DNA of 63,991 nucleotides, counting the filler, from Candidatus Babelota bacterium (GTDB taxonomy: Bacteria > JAGOBX01), in NCBI GenBank assembly GCA_017999075.1. It is 7 parts of 7 records of this genome, joined end to end, with 100 filler letters (N's around TTAATTAATTAA, not from the genome) between each part and the next. Parts side by side here need not be neighbours in the genome. Positions count along the whole stretch, not along the records: positions 56,893 to 63,991 come from JAGOBX010000177.1; 6 more parts are not named here. The stretch is one strand, 5' to 3'. The notes under the pieces were generated by a model. The model did no database searches. It saw only the letters and a list, made by a program, of their open reading frames with translations, and was not told the origin of the DNA. Of this stretch, positions 60,979 to 63,991 are shown piece by piece. The translations under genes and the position numbers were made by a program. How positions within the stretch are numbered: position 1 is the stretch's first letter; each line of letters opens with the position of its first letter.

Positions 60979-61719
60979 ATGAAAAACAATGTTTTAGGTA
61001 TTGATGTCGGAGGTTCTGGAATTAAAGGATCTATAGTTAATGTTCAAACAGGCCAATTATTGTCAGAACGTTTCCGTCTGCCTACTCCTGAAAAAGGCAA
61101 ACCTGAAGATATTGCAGCTACTATTTCAGAAATAATCAAACATTTTAATTGGAAAAATAAAATCGGATGCGGATTCCCTGCAGCTATAAACAAAGGGGTT
61201 TCTTTAACTGCAGCCAATATTCATAAAAATTGGATTGGATTGAATATTGAAAATTTTTTCAAAAAAAAAACAGGATGCGAATTCAAGGTTATAAATGATG
61301 CTGATGCTGCAGGCCTTGCAGAAATGAATTTCGGAGCAGGAAAAAAATCAAATGGAACAGTTCTGATGCTGACCGTAGGAACAGGTATTGGAACCGCACT
61401 ATTCATTAATCATAATCTTTTACCCAACACAGAACTTGGACATATTGAACTTTCGGGAAAAGACGTTGAATTATACGCTTCAGACGCAGTACGTAAAAAA
61501 AAAGATTTATCTTATAAAAAATGGGCTATTCGTTTTAATAAATACCTTATAAAAATGAATTCATTATTTTATCCTGATTTAATTATTCTCGGCGGCGGAA
61601 TAGTCAAAAAAAAAGAAAAATATTTCAAATATTTAGCGTTAAATTCAAAAATTATTCCTGCTGCCTTAGGAAATGATGCTGGAATAATCGGAGCTGCTTC
61701 GTTCGCATCAGGATTATAA
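60979..61719 (+). CDS. ppgK: Polyphosphate glucokinase (ROK family)
   Basis: GIDVGGSGIKG, TAANI...W, NDADAAG.AE, GTGIGTA, PNTELGH, N.AGIIGAA; AAGGA RBS before ATG 60979. Confidence 0.88.
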   Translation: MKNNVLGIDVGGSGIKGSIVNVQTGQLLSERFRLPTPEKGKPEDIAATISEIIKHFNWKNKIGCGFPAAINKGVSLTAANIHKNWIGLNIENFFKKKTGCEFKVINDADAAGLAEMNFGAGKKSNGTVLMLTVGTGIGTALFINHNLLPNTELGHIELSGKDVELYASDAVRKKKDLSYKKWAIRFNKYLIKMNSLFYPDLIILGGGIVKKKEKYFKYLALNSKIIPAALGNDAGIIGAASFASGL

Positions 61720-61792
61720 TTTTATACCGTATGTTTCCAATATCAGTATAGTTCTGTTAAATTTTTTTTAATGACGGACGGAGGAATTAAAT

Positions 61793-62938
61793 TTGAATCA
61801 TTCTTCTAATCTGTTTTTATTATTTTTATTAGTACCTGTAATAAGTTCAACTTTTATCGCTATTTGGTTTATTTTATACATTCAAAGAAAAAACCGCAAG
61901 TCTTTTCAAAACACAGCTAATAATATTGGCGGTTCAGTAATAGGTCTCAACGAAATATCAGGAATTTTCCAGAATACAGATTATACTATAAAATATATTC
62001 ATAGAAAAAAAAATACCCCGCCTCAATGTTGCATTACTGTAAAAGGCAAATCTTCTGCTTTTCCAATAACTTTTTTACGGGAATCGTCAATACATAATTT
62101 TGTAAAACGCATAAAACTTTCTTATGAAATTCAAACTAATGATCCCGAATTTGATAACACTGTATATATAATTTCAAGAAATAATTTGTTTATACAATCT
62201 GTAATCTTGTCTCCTGATATAAAAAAAAATATTTTAACCCTTTTTTTGAATATCAAAAATCTTTATAAAATAGAATTTAATAACCTCGGTGCTGTTCTAT
62301 ATCTTTCTCCATGCGAAATTGATTCTCTCGACAAAGAATTCATAGAAAAATCAGTTTCCATGCTTTCACATACATTACTTCAAATTTCTATGGTTCCAAA
62401 AATCGGACTTCAAACTCCGATTTCTTTTGATATTATTCATTATTCTGTATTTTCGTTGTATTCAATTATAGGAATAATTCTATTTATTTATGCGTTATCT
62501 TACTATAAACCTTTGTTCCACGAACCATATTTTTATGGTATTATATACGGAATTATTGCATTTTTAATCCTGATATTTTTTACTTTTTTTTCTGTACGCG
62601 GCAGATCCAACTCCCATATAATTTTCTTTATATGTTTAATAACCGGATTGCTCGGGTTTATTTTTACAGGCATAGGCGCAACTTTAACTTACAATGGCTA
62701 TTTTGATAAATCTGAAGAAGCAAATCATCAAGTGAGTATTACTAATAAATATACTGTACGTAATAAAAATTCGCATTCCTACTATATCGAATTTAAATAT
62801 TGGGATTCAAATCAAAAAATAATATCGTATTCAGTTGGTTCGGATTTTTATTATAATGTAGATATAAATCAAAAAATAATAATTGTTACCCGCAAAGGAA
62901 AATTGGGATTTGAATGGGTCAAATCAATTTTAAAATAA
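61793..62938 (+). CDS. Hypothetical membrane protein
   Basis: N-terminal TM, soluble domain, 3 TMs, C-terminal G.LG..W motif; GGAGG RBS. Confidence 0.7.
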   Translation: MNHSSNLFLLFLLVPVISSTFIAIWFILYIQRKNRKSFQNTANNIGGSVIGLNEISGIFQNTDYTIKYIHRKKNTPPQCCITVKGKSSAFPITFLRESSIHNFVKRIKLSYEIQTNDPEFDNTVYIISRNNLFIQSVILSPDIKKNILTLFLNIKNLYKIEFNNLGAVLYLSPCEIDSLDKEFIEKSVSMLSHTLLQISMVPKIGLQTPISFDIIHYSVFSLYSIIGIILFIYALSYYKPLFHEPYFYGIIYGIIAFLILIFFTFFSVRGRSNSHIIFFICLITGLLGFIFTGIGATLTYNGYFDKSEEANHQVSITNKYTVRNKNSHSYYIEFKYWDSNQKIISYSVGSDFYYNVDINQKIIIVTRKGKLGFEWVKSILK

Positions 62939-62960
62939 AATTCTCAGTTTCAAGTTTCAG

Positions 62961-63000
62961 CAAAAAAAATGCGGCAAATAAATTTTCTATTTACCGCATT
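62961..63000 (-). terminator. Rho-independent terminator between convergent genes
   Basis: Minus strand AATGCGGTAAATA...TATTTGCCGCATT followed by a T run. Confidence 0.75.
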
Positions 63001-63008
63001 GCTTCAAA

Positions 63009-63991
63009 TTAATATCTGTTATAATAATTAAAATTGTTCACCTGATTCGGAGTGTCTGTCAAATTAAATGAATTAGTTTTATCATTAATAATTTTATTGT
63101 CCGCTTTTACTGAAGAATATTCCTGTTGAAATGACCAGGACTGTTTATTTAACCAGTCATACATTCTGTTGGCATCAGCAAATCTTGTTAATTTTCCATT
63201 GGCTCCTAAAAAAACCATAATAACATCCTTGCCGCAATCAAGTTTATTGGTTGTAACAAGACAATAACCTGCTTCATTAATAAAACCAGTCTTGCCTCCA
63301 AGCGTCTTTTTTCTTGGATCAAGCAACAATCTGTTAGTATTCACATAATCAATAGAGTAATACGCATTCAATGCTCTAATAGTCATGTATTTTGTTTTTA
63401 CAATCTTTGAAAGAAACGGATCTTCCAGAACCTTTCTCATAATTATACTAATTTCATAGGTTGTGGAAACATTATTTTCATCATAACCTGTAGGATCGCT
63501 AAATCTTGTGCTGTGCAAATTCAAACGTTTCGCGTAATTATTCATCAATTGAACAAAATGGCTTTCAGGTAATCCTGAAACTTCAACAAGACAATGAACT
63601 GCCACATTATCAGAACCAAGCAAAGCGCTGTGCAATAAATCAATAGCAGTAAATTGCAATCCTGGTTTTAATCTTGTCTTATAATATGGTTTGAAAACAT
63701 AATGAGGAATTGTATAAACTGTATTCCAATCAATTTTTAAATCTACAAGCACTAAAACTGCCATAAGTTTTGTTAATGATGCAATACTTCTTTGATCAAA
63801 AGCATTTTTAGAAAATAATACCTGGTTGTCATCAAGTGTAATGGCAAGCGCAGCAGCAGATTTTATTCCTGGTGTTTGAGGCTTAATCCTTACAACCGAA
63901 GAAGCTCTTTTTTTGATTTTTTTTGCATGAACAGGCATAGAATAAAACGAGTTATAAATCAAATTTATTATTAAAATGACAAGTATATATT
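63009..63991 (-). CDS. Peptidase S11 D-Ala-D-Ala carboxy/endopeptidase (PBP7-like), start beyond window
   Basis: IASLTK (SxxK), SDN, KTG motifs; frame open to the window edge. Confidence 0.88.
   Translation of the reverse strand, partial: YILVILIINLIYNSFYSMPVHAKKIKKRASSVVRIKPQTPGIKSAAALAITLDDNQVLFSKNAFDQRSIASLTKLMAVLVLVDLKIDWNTVYTIPHYVFKPYYKTRLKPGLQFTAIDLLHSALLGSDNVAVHCLVEVSGLPESHFVQLMNNYAKRLNLHSTRFSDPTGYDENNVSTTYEISIIMRKVLEDPFLSKIVKTKYMTIRALNAYYSIDYVNTNRLLLDPRKKTLGGKTGFINEAGYCLVTTNKLDCGKDVIMVFLGANGKLTRFADANRMYDWLNKQSWSFQQEYSSVKADNKIINDKTNSFNLTDTPNQVNNFNYYNRY

Noticed and set aside
1-63991. CRISPR array, rRNA, integron attC array, intact IS transposase
   Set aside because: No regularly spaced repeats, rRNA-like sequence, convincing attC sites or transposase ORF seen by eye.

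Overview
The window is not continuous genome. It is seven contig pieces of about 9 kb from an AT-rich, flagellated, probably diderm bacterium (draft or MAG, lineage not assignable from sequence), joined by 100-nt N/TTAATTAATTAA/N linkers, so synteny holds only within each piece. Contig 1 has alr, paaK, an amidohydrolase, a hybrid kinase, thrC and a TonB receptor. Contig 2 has arcC, panC, an MCP with an extracytoplasmic CZB domain, and a secreted C-terminal-domain (CTD) protein paired with a PorV-like barrel. Contig 3 has an ECF sigma/anti-sigma pair, recJ and flgBC. Contig 4 has a 1543-aa giant flagellin, rluD and tRNA-Val. Contig 5 has two FG-GAP/CTD proteins, a PorV-transglutaminase fusion and a small tyrosine-recombinase islet. 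Contig 6 has a PorV-like gene, vapBC, an inverted-repeat-flanked sensor kinase and xerD. Contig 7 has a polyphosphate cluster. The two strongest leads are (a) a giant flagellin whose ~14 beta-sandwich repeats seem to be completed by a string of ~14 short N-terminal strands (nested out-and-back rod), under sigma28 and CsrA-type control, and (b) a recurring T9SS-like cargo/PorV-barrel module with an HFS autoproteolysis-type motif and a barrel-transglutaminase fusion. All family calls come from motif recognition by eye; no searches were run.
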